This document shows positions 1 through 8,644 of a stretch of DNA of 33,846 bases, in pieces (positions within the stretch are counted from its first letter, which is position 1; each line of letters starts with the position of its first letter). Where the stretch lies: the sequence record SRR20825010_1237; one strand, 5' to 3'. Both the position numbers and the translations under genes were made by a program. A model generated the notes under the pieces. The model did not search any database. It had not been told where the DNA came from and worked only from the letters and a program-made list of their open reading frames with translations.

Positions 1-30
1 ATGCGGGTTCGACCCCCGCCGCCCGCACCA
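1..30 (+). tRNA. 3' end of a tRNA (probably Leu), cut by the window edge; intact gene or att fragment cannot be distinguished
   Basis: T-arm GCGGG-TTCGACC-CCCGC, 3' acceptor strand CGCCCGC, discriminator A, CCA. Anticodon lies outside the window. Confidence 0.75.
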
Positions 31-58
31 ACATCTTCAATGATTAAGGCTGCTCCAA

Positions 59-820
59 ATGGACTTTAATTGGACGTGCGAATATTGCGGTAGCAAGACC
101 GTGATCACCTCACCAAATTTTAGTGAATCAACCAGTGCTGTTTCCACGCACCGCTCAAGCTTTGGCGTTGTTGGTATCCAGCACAGAGCTATCGCCTGTC
201 CCAACAGTCAATGCAGGGCACTTTCGCTGGTGATCAAATTGCGTTCGATCCAAGTCTATCCAAGCGGTACAATCCAAGGAATTGGAAATGTGATTCACGA
301 ATGGCGGTTGATGCCCGAGTCCAAGGCAAAACCACAACCAGATTTTATTCCCGAGAGTATTAGGCGGACTTATTATGAAGCATGCCGAATTGTTGACCTC
401 AGTCCATCAGCGTCTGCCGCATTGGCGCGAAGATGCTTACAAGGAATGATTCGGGATTTTTGGCAAATCCCCGACGGAAAACGAAGCAATCTCGGTGCAG
501 AAATCAGTTACATAAAAGATAAAGTGGATTCAGGCACGTTGCGAGCCATCCATGGTGTGCGTTCCATTGGCGATATAGGTGCACACATGGACAAATACGT
601 CGATCAGGTTGTTGATGTCGAACCCGAAGAAGCTGAGTTGCTAGTTGGCCTGATCGAAACATTGCTTGAAAATTGGTATGTCGAGCGGCATGAACTGGAG
701 ATGCGCACCAAGACTTTGGATGACAAAATTGCTGCAAAGCGAGCTTTGCAAAAAGAATATAAGGCTGCGCGAAAGTCGGAAAACACTGACAGCAAATCCG
801 ATCCTGAAGTTGCCGATTAA
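59..820 (+). CDS. DUF4145 (HEPN-like) domain protein with N-terminal Zn-ribbon
   Basis: CEYC...CPNSQC Cys pairs; YYEACRIVDLSPSASAALARRCLQGMIRDFW and RSIGDIGAH match the DUF4145 pattern; more AT-rich than the backbone. Confidence 0.8.
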   Translation: MDFNWTCEYCGSKTVITSPNFSESTSAVSTHRSSFGVVGIQHRAIACPNSQCRALSLVIKLRSIQVYPSGTIQGIGNVIHEWRLMPESKAKPQPDFIPESIRRTYYEACRIVDLSPSASAALARRCLQGMIRDFWQIPDGKRSNLGAEISYIKDKVDSGTLRAIHGVRSIGDIGAHMDKYVDQVVDVEPEEAELLVGLIETLLENWYVERHELEMRTKTLDDKIAAKRALQKEYKAARKSENTDSKSDPEVAD

Positions 821-860
821 TGGCGCTTACGATCTCATGGGATATTGTGCGCGGCTTTGA

Positions 861-1019
861 ATTGTTGCGCCGATTGTTGCGGAAACGGCAACATGTTGCG
901 GAAAACTTGCCGCCGAAATTTTCTAACTAATTGAAATTACTTGATTTGTTTTTTTGGCATCAGACTTAAAATCTGCTTTCCGAAAGGGAGTGCCGGTTCG
1001 ATTCCGGCAGGGGCCACCA
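861..1019 (+). mobile_element. Attachment site (island boundary) of a tRNA-Leu(TAA)-targeting integrative element
   Basis: TGTTGCG repeats at 863, 875 and 894; IHF-like TAACTAATTGAAA (924-936) and AAATTACTTGATT (934-946); then a tRNA 3' fragment. Confidence 0.7.
961..1019 (+). pseudogene. 3' fragment of tRNA-Leu(TAA) from anticodon arm to CCA (att core duplication)
   Basis: CAGA-CTTAAAA-TCTG anticodon arm, long variable arm TTCC-GAAA-GGGA, GCCGG-TTCGATT-CCGGC, AGGGGCC-A-CCA. No D-arm or 5' acceptor strand upstream. Confidence 0.8.
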
Positions 1020-1068
1020 GTCCGGTTTGTGTTTTCCTAAATCATGCAAGCCAAAAGAGGGAGCGAAC

Positions 1069-1530
1069 ATGACCGCTGATGCCGCTCGTCAGATAAAGGT
1101 CGGTGCGACGCATATGACGCATGCCGATTGCCGGACAGTTTATGAACTTGCCGCTTACTCGCCGGGCTATGTGGATTGGGGCGGGATCGGGTCTTTCGAA
1201 GAAATCAAGCAAGGGCGCGAGAGCCGATACGGTGTGGGCTCGGAACGCATTTTCCGCACGGCAGGTATGCGCATCTATGAAGAGGTGGTGGCTGATGTGC
1301 CCGAGCGCCATGTCGCCTATCGGCTGATTTCCGGATTGCCGCTGAAAAACTATTTGGGGCAGGTGGATATTGTGCGTGACGGCGATGTGACGCGCGTTGA
1401 TTGGTATTCCACATTCCAAGCGCCCGCCGGTTTCGGATGGTTCTGGCGGATGTTCATGCAGAGCATTCTTTCTACTATGTCGAAAAAGCTGGTGGAAGAA
1501 GCCGAGAAGCGTGTTGTATCGCGTGCCTGA
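1069..1530 (+). CDS. SRPBCC/polyketide cyclase family protein
   Basis: GVGSERIF...IYEEVV...AYRLISGLPLKNYLGQVDI...TRVDW pattern; GAGGGAG RBS before ATG 1069. Confidence 0.8.
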   Translation: MTADAARQIKVGATHMTHADCRTVYELAAYSPGYVDWGGIGSFEEIKQGRESRYGVGSERIFRTAGMRIYEEVVADVPERHVAYRLISGLPLKNYLGQVDIVRDGDVTRVDWYSTFQAPAGFGWFWRMFMQSILSTMSKKLVEEAEKRVVSRA

Positions 1531-1743
1531 AAAAGGCCGGTTTGCATGACTATCGGAATGCAGGCATTGGCATCGGCTGGATGTTCAAAGATAAGTCTTT
1601 GGTATTCTTTACACTATTCGTATACGGAAGATATGCCGCTGGACTAGAGCGACATGCGGTCGAATTGCAGTTTGGCGAAGTTGTCGCCCGTGATGCGATT
1701 TGTTTGTAGGCGTACGGTATCTGTCCGCCTTATGCCACTGGTC

Positions 1744-1992
1744 CTAGGCGTGTGCCTTGGCGTGGTAGACGGCTGTGGCGGGGCGGGCTTCGCCAGCGGC
1801 CAGAGTTGCGTCGTGTTTATAGAGCGTTGAGCAATAGGGGCAGATGATTTCGCCGCTTCGCCCCATGTCCAGAAAGACATGCGGATGATCGTAGGGCGGG
1901 GTGGCACCCATGCACTCAAATTCCTTTACGCCGATGCTAATGGAAGCTTCGCCGGAATCGTTGGTGAATTTGGGGGTGGCTGGACCGTGCAT
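1744..1992 (-). CDS. zf-CHCC zinc-finger protein (COG4391-like)
   Basis: IGVKEFECMGATPPYDHPHVFLDMG...ICPYCSTLY; start placed at MHGP. Confidence 0.88.
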   Translation of the reverse strand: MHGPATPKFTNDSGEASISIGVKEFECMGATPPYDHPHVFLDMGRSGEIICPYCSTLYKHDATLAAGEARPATAVYHAKAHA

Positions 1993-2356
1993 CTTGGAAT
2001 CCCTGTGGTTTGGTGCGGTCAAACTAGCCTTTGGCGTCTTTTATTTCCAGCCGAATTTCGTAGCGGCTAAGACGGTGTCAGGGGCGTCGCTCTGCGGGGG
2101 AAGTTTGACTGACAGTGTTATAGCTGAGGCGGGCCGACTTGCAGGAGCGGGAATGCCGGGTGCCGCTCCGTATTCCAGAGATTGTGTGGATGTCTGTGTA
2201 ATCGGGTTTGAGGTAGCTGTGCAGTTTTGTACGATCTTGAATGACGTGGAGTCATAATGAGGACTTGGCCCGAGGGTTACGCTTGGGCATACTCACGCCG
2301 GGCTGAAACAGGAAGGCGCTAAGACCTTTGTGGCTCGCATCATATTGGGAGGATAC

Positions 2357-3781
2357 ATGTCATCTGGGCAGGCGGCGCGCGAAGCGCCACTTTCGCGTTG
2401 GACTTTGCTCGCCTTTGCGTTACCCGCTGCGCCAATTTCGGCGATGGGTTTGCCGCTGGTTGTGCATCTACCGCCTTTCTATGCCGGTACGCTCGGACTT
2501 GGACTGACGGTGGTTGGTGCGATCTTTATGATGGCGCGTTTCTGGGATGTGTTCACCGATCCTGTTCTTGGTATTTTGTCCGACCGTTTCGAGACTCGGT
2601 GGGGTAGGCGTCGTCACTGGATTGTGATTTCGGTGCCGATCATGATGCTGTCGGCCTATATGATTTTTATGCCGCAAGGCGATGTAAACGCGACTTACCT
2701 GATTTTCTGGCTTTTTGTACTTTATGTCGGTTGGACTTTGCTGACTATTTCGCACATGTCTTGGGGTGCGGAACTGACATCAGATTATTTTCAGCGTTCA
2801 CGCGTGCAAGGCTCCCGCGAAGTGTTGCTGATCCTCGGCATGGTGTTTGTGCTGATCTTGCCGATCTTCGTCATCCGGATGTTTCCAGATCAGGCGGAGT
2901 ATGTCGGCGTCGCGTCGATGGGGTGGTTTGTCATTATCCTGTTGCCAATCGCCGTTGCCATCGCCGTGTGGCGCGTGCCGGAACGCGCATCGCCGCGACC
3001 GGAACATGTGCCATTCAAAGAAGCTGTGAAGGTGATGGTGGAAAGCCGTCCTTTGCGGTATGTGCTGGCCGCTGATCTTATTTCCGGTGTGTCGGGCGGT
3101 ATTGTTGCGAGCCTCTTTCTGTTTCTCGCTAATGACGCATTCAAGCTGACACAAACCCAGTCCTATCTCATGCTGCTTGCCTATTTCCTTTCGGGCGTTG
3201 CTTTCATTCCCCTGATGCTGTGGATCAGCCACAAGGTTGGCAAGCACAAGGCTGCGGCATTGTCGGCTTCGTTTAACGCGGTGTCCGTGCCGCTCATTCT
3301 GCTGGTGCCGGAAGGCAATGTGGAGGCGGCGTTGGCTGTGTGGGTGCTGTGCGGCGTCAACATGGCAGCAGGACCGTTTTTGTTCCGCTCGATCATGGCA
3401 GATGTGGCTGACCATGATGCGGTGCAGACCAAGCAGACACGAACCGGGCTTTTCTATTCACTGCTGACATCGACCAGTAAGGTCGGCGCGGCTTTTGCTA
3501 TTGGTCTGTCTTACTGGATGCTGGACATTATCGGTTTTGTGCCGAAGGGCGAGAATACACAAGCGGCCATTGACGGGTTGCGCATGGTCTATGTGTGGCC
3601 GGCTGTCATTATCAGTGCCGCGGTGGCTGTGATCTTGTGGTATTTCCCGCTGGATGAAGCTCAGCAGAAGGCCAACCGGGATATTCTTGATCGCCGCATT
3701 CTGGATGCGGCTGCCGCAGGGATCGAAACCCGTACAGGTGCGCCAAGCGATCCTCAGTCCTCTGGTGTTGCGGCCGACTGA
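2357..3781 (+). CDS. MFS transporter, GPH (Na+/melibiose-like) family
   Basis: ~12 hydrophobic segments; RFWDVFTDPVLGILSDRFETRWGRRRHW, SWGAELT, SIMADVAD; GGAGG RBS before ATG 2357. Confidence 0.9.
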   Translation: MSSGQAAREAPLSRWTLLAFALPAAPISAMGLPLVVHLPPFYAGTLGLGLTVVGAIFMMARFWDVFTDPVLGILSDRFETRWGRRRHWIVISVPIMMLSAYMIFMPQGDVNATYLIFWLFVLYVGWTLLTISHMSWGAELTSDYFQRSRVQGSREVLLILGMVFVLILPIFVIRMFPDQAEYVGVASMGWFVIILLPIAVAIAVWRVPERASPRPEHVPFKEAVKVMVESRPLRYVLAADLISGVSGGIVASLFLFLANDAFKLTQTQSYLMLLAYFLSGVAFIPLMLWISHKVGKHKAAALSASFNAVSVPLILLVPEGNVEAALAVWVLCGVNMAAGPFLFRSIMADVADHDAVQTKQTRTGLFYSLLTSTSKVGAAFAIGLSYWMLDIIGFVPKGENTQAAIDGLRMVYVWPAVIISAAVAVILWYFPLDEAQQKANRDILDRRILDAAAAGIETRTGAPSDPQSSGVAAD

Positions 3782-3831
3782 AACGAAATACCACCTCCCC
3801 AAATAGATTTTCGAGTAGGAGTAAATCGGCT

Positions 3832-5259
3832 ATGGCCGGCGATAGACATTCAACTTTCCGGCTTCTCGCTTATGCGATGCCGTCGATAACCATTGCCGCG
3901 CTGGGACTCCCGCTCGCAGTACATCTGCCAGAATTTTATGCCACCACGATGGGGCTGGGCTTGCTGGCGGTTGGCTTTGCCTTTGCTCTGGCGCGTAGCT
4001 GGGACGTGATCGTCGATCCGTTGCTGGGCTATGTCTCCGACAAGATTGAAACACGTTGGGGGCGGCGGCGCATCTGGGTGGTGATATCTGCACCCATTAT
4101 CATGCTGGCGAGCTTTTTCGTTTTCATTCCGTCGCGTGGCTTGCCGGTGCTGAATGGTTTTATCGGACTGTTCGGTGCCGATCCCATGACCGCTGTGACA
4201 CAGGGATATCTAATCGGCGGCTTGCTGCTGCTTTATCTCGGCTTCACCATGCTGTTGCTGGCGCATATGTCCTGGGGCGCGGAGCTGAGTGACGATTATA
4301 ACGAACGCTCACGCATTCAGGGCTGGCGCGAAGGTCTGTCTGTTCTGGGTGTGCCGCTTGTGCTGATGCTACCTGCCGTCATTCAGGCGTTTGGTGGGGT
4401 GAATGCCGAACACAACACGGTGGAAGTGATCGGCTGGTTCATCATTATCGTGACGCCGCTGGCGACGCTGCTGGCTGTGACGCTGATGGGCGAGGAAAAA
4501 ACCAAGCCACAGCCGCATTTGCAGATGCGTGAAGCCATTGCAGCCCTGATGGGGAATGACGGATTGCGTCGTCTGGTTTTCGCGGACTTGTTCAGTGGTA
4601 TTTCTGGCTCGGCGCTGGGCGCGATGTTTATCTTCGAAGCCAAATATGTGTGGGAAGTTGGTGCACATACAAACCAACTCTTGCTGCTCTATTTTTTTGC
4701 TGGTGTCGGTTTTGTGCCGATTGCACTGAAGCTTTCCTACATGTTCGGTAAACACAAGACGATGATTGGGGCGTCGTTGTTCAATGTGTGCTTTGTGCCG
4801 ACATTGTTTCTTATTCCACCTGGAAATATCTGGATCGCTTCGATCATCCTTATTTTCCTTGGTGTGAATGTAGGCACACCGTCGGTTCTTTATCGTTCGA
4901 TGATGGCGGATGTTGGCGATCAGGACGAGGTTCGCACTGGGCAGCGTCGCACGGGGCTTTTCTTTGCCCTGCTGACGCTGACGGCGAAGGTGGGCAGCGC
5001 GATCGCAATCGGTGTTGTCTATGTCATTCTTGATCGGATTGGTTTTGATGCCAAAGGCAATAATACGCCCGAGGCGCTATCTAATCTCAACATGATTTAT
5101 GTGGCTGTTCCGTTCTTCTGCAATATCGCAGTGACAGCTATTTTGTGGGGCTTTCCCATCGGACTTGAAGAGCAGAAAGAATTGCGCCGTCAGCTTGATG
5201 AGCGTCTGGTGGAAGAAGTGGAGTCCATCGAGAGAGCCTCGTCGATCGAGAACCTCTGA
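3832..5259 (+). CDS. MFS transporter, GPH family (tandem paralog)
   Basis: WDVIVDPLLGYVSDKIETRWGRRRIW, SWGAELS, SMMADVGD; AGGAG RBS. Confidence 0.9.
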   Translation: MAGDRHSTFRLLAYAMPSITIAALGLPLAVHLPEFYATTMGLGLLAVGFAFALARSWDVIVDPLLGYVSDKIETRWGRRRIWVVISAPIIMLASFFVFIPSRGLPVLNGFIGLFGADPMTAVTQGYLIGGLLLLYLGFTMLLLAHMSWGAELSDDYNERSRIQGWREGLSVLGVPLVLMLPAVIQAFGGVNAEHNTVEVIGWFIIIVTPLATLLAVTLMGEEKTKPQPHLQMREAIAALMGNDGLRRLVFADLFSGISGSALGAMFIFEAKYVWEVGAHTNQLLLLYFFAGVGFVPIALKLSYMFGKHKTMIGASLFNVCFVPTLFLIPPGNIWIASIILIFLGVNVGTPSVLYRSMMADVGDQDEVRTGQRRTGLFFALLTLTAKVGSAIAIGVVYVILDRIGFDAKGNNTPEALSNLNMIYVAVPFFCNIAVTAILWGFPIGLEEQKELRRQLDERLVEEVESIERASSIENL

Positions 5260-5287
5260 TTTATCTATGCAGACTTTCGATGTGAAT

Positions 5288-5318
5288 ACGGGGCGCTTCT
5301 TTGAAGCGCCCCGTTTTT
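5288..5318 (+). terminator. Intrinsic terminator between convergent genes
   Basis: ACGGGGCGCTTC-TTT-GAAGCGCCCCGT followed by a T-run. Confidence 0.8.
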
Positions 5319-5345
5319 CGTTTCGGATTTACATGTCTTCATGCG

Positions 5346-6605
5346 TTAGTGCGCGCCGCAGCCACAGCCACCGATTTCGACATGGCCATGCGGGTCGTAA
5401 GCGGCATCGACGGAGCGGGCGGATTGATCTGCTGTTATGGCAAACTCTTCGCTTGCTTTTCGGCGTAGAGTTTCGTCGTTCATATAGTCGAGGGCGGTCA
5501 TGGCTAGCGCCTTTGCGCCATCGATACAGGCTTTGTCGCCCGTTTCTCCGCCTGCCCAGCGGGCAAATTCGGGATTGTGAATCACAACATTTGGCGGGGC
5601 GCAGGAAATCATCGGATGGATGGATGGAACGCGGTGACTGACATTGCCCATGTCGGTGCTGCCTGCGGAGCCGGAGGGGAGTTTTTCCAGCGGGAAGAAA
5701 TTGCGTCCGAGCGAAAGCATGTTGGCTTCATAGCTGCGGGCAAGCGGCATGGAGGTTTTCAGGTCGAGGAAATTGACCTTGGCCCATTTGATATCGGCCT
5801 GACAGCCTGTGGCAAGCGCACCGGCCTCAAAGCACGCCTGTACGCGGAGTTTGAGAGCGGCAAGCTCTATAGCATTGGCGGCGCGGACATAGAAGAAGCC
5901 TTCTGTTTCGTCGGGCACGATGTTGGGCGCATTGCCGCCTTTGGTGATGATGCCGTGGATGCGTTCGGTGTTTTTGATGTGCTGGCGCAATTGCGCAATG
6001 GATTGATAAGCCGTGACAAGCGCGTCGAGCGCATTGAGACCCGCGTGGGGAATGGCAGAGGCATGGGCGCTTTTGCCCTTATAAGTGACAACGACTTCCG
6101 AGACGCAGATGCAGGGCATAGTGATGAGGTCGATACCGGCGGGGTGGACCATCATGGCAGCGTCCAGTTTGTCGAAAGCGCCTTGCTGGGCCATGAGCTC
6201 CTTGCCGCCGCCACGTTCTTCGGCAGGCGTACCAAGATAGCGCACACGACCGGGGAGCTTTGTGCCGAGCTTTGACAAAGCCAGCGAGGCACCTAAGCCT
6301 GTTGTAGCGATGATATTGTGGCCGCAGGAATGGCCGATGCCCGGCAGCGCGTCATACTCCGACAGGATGGCCACCTCCGAAGGACCGGAGCCGAAGGTGG
6401 AAGAATAGGCTGTCGGTAGGCCGAAAGCCTCGCGCGTGACGGGAAGGTCTGCTGCTTCGAGTTTGGATGTCAGAAGCTTAGCTGCCTCGAATTCGTGAAA
6501 GGCGAGTTCTGGATTGGCGTGGATGGCATGGCTCACTTCGATGAGTTCCGGCGCCATAGCATCAATGGCATCGCAAACGTCACGTTTCAGGGCAGCTATA
6601 GACAT
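5346..6605 (-). CDS. M20 family amidohydrolase (AbgB/ACY1L2-like)
   Basis: IHANPELAFHE, SEYDALPGIGHSCGHN, GTPAEERGGGK, AGSTDMGNVS; GGAGG RBS. Confidence 0.9.
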   Translation of the reverse strand: MSIAALKRDVCDAIDAMAPELIEVSHAIHANPELAFHEFEAAKLLTSKLEAADLPVTREAFGLPTAYSSTFGSGPSEVAILSEYDALPGIGHSCGHNIIATTGLGASLALSKLGTKLPGRVRYLGTPAEERGGGKELMAQQGAFDKLDAAMMVHPAGIDLITMPCICVSEVVVTYKGKSAHASAIPHAGLNALDALVTAYQSIAQLRQHIKNTERIHGIITKGGNAPNIVPDETEGFFYVRAANAIELAALKLRVQACFEAGALATGCQADIKWAKVNFLDLKTSMPLARSYEANMLSLGRNFFPLEKLPSGSAGSTDMGNVSHRVPSIHPMISCAPPNVVIHNPEFARWAGGETGDKACIDGAKALAMTALDYMNDETLRRKASEEFAITADQSARSVDAAYDPHGHVEIGGCGCGAH

Positions 6606-6993
6606 TGGATTGACCTCCGGTTTTTTGGAAGTGTAGACCGATAGGCAGGATGGTGGCCACCTTCCTCATTTAATTTTGTTTGCTCGTGTGTTGATCAATG
6701 TGGGGAGGGCAATTCCTTGTATGACGAGGTTTGATCTAGGAGTGAGGGGTAAAAACGGTGAGCGTGGCATTTTTCTGAGGTGTTTTTGAGTGCGTTCCCA
6801 ATTGCCAAAGCAGTTGTCCGGATTCTGTTGTAGTGTGGTTGCGACGCCTGATTTTTCGCTGGAATGACGTAAATTGATTTCCAGATTTATTTGGAATCTC
6901 TTGTGCGTGTGTTCACTTTGCGACGCTGGAAATTTTTGTAAAGCTGAATGCCGCGTTGGCAGTTGTTGATTCAACTAAACTAGGGAGCTGATC

Positions 6994-7743
6994 TTGGCGG
7001 CAACGGCGAAGTCGGGTTTAGAAAAAATCGCGAAAATCGGTTCTGTTCTAGGAGTAACCGTCTTAGTTCTGTGGGTGATCTGGAATAGTCTCTATCCCAG
7101 CTACCGGTATCGTTACAGGCTCATTTGCGAAGTTGAGGTTGATGGTCAAACGCATGTTGGTTCAAGTGTGTTTGAGATCATCTGGATCACTCAGCCCCCC
7201 ATATCTCAAACGGCATGGAACATTCGTGCGAGGGGCAATGCCGTTGTCGTGGAGCTTGGAGATCGAGGCGCGATTTTAATTCCACACAATACGTTTGATA
7301 CTAGAGGGCCTTCCGGAGAGTCGATCGTGTATTTGGCTATATGGGCATTTAAGGATCATCTTCCGTCCGTCAGAAAAACTGGCGTCACCGGACCTGTGTT
7401 GGCGGCTTTATCGCGGGTGCGTGGCAAAGCAAAGCTGGCCCCAGATGAGCTTCCGCAAATTCTGTGGTTGAAGGACATAAATGATCCGTCTACGGCGCAA
7501 ATTATTATGCCAGACCAATTTGGGAAGATCATCGGGGGCAATGCGCATCTGAATTCTATTTCAGTGGAGATGACGGATGAAAATCCGACGCTCGGCAGTC
7601 TTTCCGCTCGCTTGCCTTGGTTTGACGAGATGCTCGAGAAAGAAATAGCGGAACGTCAAAAACTTAAACCCCAGCGCGGGCGATCGTATCAATCGTATCA
7701 TTTAATGGCTTCAGACTTGATTGGATGGCTAAATGAACAATGA
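6994..7743 (+). CDS. Hypothetical membrane-anchored protein (YRYRL...GSSV type)
   Basis: 249-aa ORF, TTG start after AGGGAG, one N-terminal TM helix then YRYRYRLICEVEVDGQTHVGSSV; AT-richer than neighbours. Confidence 0.7.
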   Translation: MAATAKSGLEKIAKIGSVLGVTVLVLWVIWNSLYPSYRYRYRLICEVEVDGQTHVGSSVFEIIWITQPPISQTAWNIRARGNAVVVELGDRGAILIPHNTFDTRGPSGESIVYLAIWAFKDHLPSVRKTGVTGPVLAALSRVRGKAKLAPDELPQILWLKDINDPSTAQIIMPDQFGKIIGGNAHLNSISVEMTDENPTLGSLSARLPWFDEMLEKEIAERQKLKPQRGRSYQSYHLMASDLIGWLNEQ

Positions 7744-7861
7744 TTTTATGATGGCGCTGTTGGCGCTAGATGCCTGCAATCGCAAGCCCACGGGCAGCAT
7801 TCATTTGGGCTATAAAAACGGATAATGTTGTTTCTGTTTTCTGGCGGATCTGGAGCGTCCC

Positions 7862-8605
7862 ATGGACTATTTTGAATCAGACGGATTGCGGCTTGCCTAT
7901 CGGGTGGTAGGTGAAGGGGCGCCCATTGTGCTGGTTCATGGTTTCGCCTCGACGCATGAGGTGAACTGGGTGACGACAGGCTGGTCGCGGGCGCTGGTGG
8001 ATGCGGGGCGACGGGTCATTATGGCGGATGGGCGCGGGCACGGGGCAAGCGACAAACCATATGACGCGGCAGATTACACGCTGGAGGCGATGGCGGGCGA
8101 TGTGATCGCGCTGATGGATCATCTGGGGGAGCCGGGGGCGGACCTGATGGGCTATTCGATGGGGGCGATGGTGTCGCTGGTGGCTGCCGCGCAAAATCCC
8201 GAGCGGTTTGACCGTGTGATTGCGGCGGGGGTGGGTGAGCGGTTGCTGGAAAAGAACAAACCCGCAAGCGACGTTGTGGACGCATTGCTGACCAACGATC
8301 CGGCCGCTGTCGGCAGTCGTGCGGCACAGATGTTCCGGTTGTTTGCGGATCAGAACAAGCAGGATCGCGAAGCGCTGGCGGCTTGTTTCTCGGCAGTGCG
8401 GGCTGACTTTCCAGATGAGTTGTTGGGACGGATTGTGAGGCCTGTGCTGGTTGTGGCAGGTGAGACGGACGACGCGGCGGGCAATGCGGCACCGCTGGCC
8501 GCGCGGATCGAGGGCGCTGCGAGTTTTACCGTGCCCAAGCGGGACCACATGCGGACCGTGGGCGACAAGGCCTATAAGGAAGTAGTGCTGAAGTTTCTGG
8601 AGTGA
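7862..8605 (+). CDS. Alpha/beta fold hydrolase
   Basis: VLVHGFAS, DGRGHGAS, GYSMG nucleophile elbow, RDHM His; GGAG RBS. Confidence 0.9.
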   Translation: MDYFESDGLRLAYRVVGEGAPIVLVHGFASTHEVNWVTTGWSRALVDAGRRVIMADGRGHGASDKPYDAADYTLEAMAGDVIALMDHLGEPGADLMGYSMGAMVSLVAAAQNPERFDRVIAAGVGERLLEKNKPASDVVDALLTNDPAAVGSRAAQMFRLFADQNKQDREALAACFSAVRADFPDELLGRIVRPVLVVAGETDDAAGNAAPLAARIEGAASFTVPKRDHMRTVGDKAYKEVVLKFLE

Positions 8606-8608
8606 AGT

Positions 8609-8637
8609 TTTCCCTCTCCTGCAACAGGAGAGGGAAA
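8609..8637. terminator. Hairpin between convergent genes (terminator or short REP-like palindrome)
   Basis: TTTCCCTCTCCTG-CAA-CAGGAGAGGGAAA, perfect 13-bp stem. Confidence 0.65.
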
Positions 8638-8644
8638 GTGCGAG

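Noticed and set aside
958-1019. Intact tRNA-Leu(TAA) gene
   Set aside because: No D-arm or complementary 5' acceptor strand; upstream is a T-rich tract.
1401-2257. Plus-strand ORFs 1401-1709 and 1901-2257
   Set aside because: Overlap better-supported genes and show no recognisable motifs.
6666-6974. 102-aa minus-strand ORF in the AT-rich spacer
   Set aside because: No clear RBS or motif; probably chance.
7748-7825. Short ORF MMALLALDACNRKP..., possible lipoprotein remnant
   Set aside because: Too short, non-canonical lipobox, no further support.
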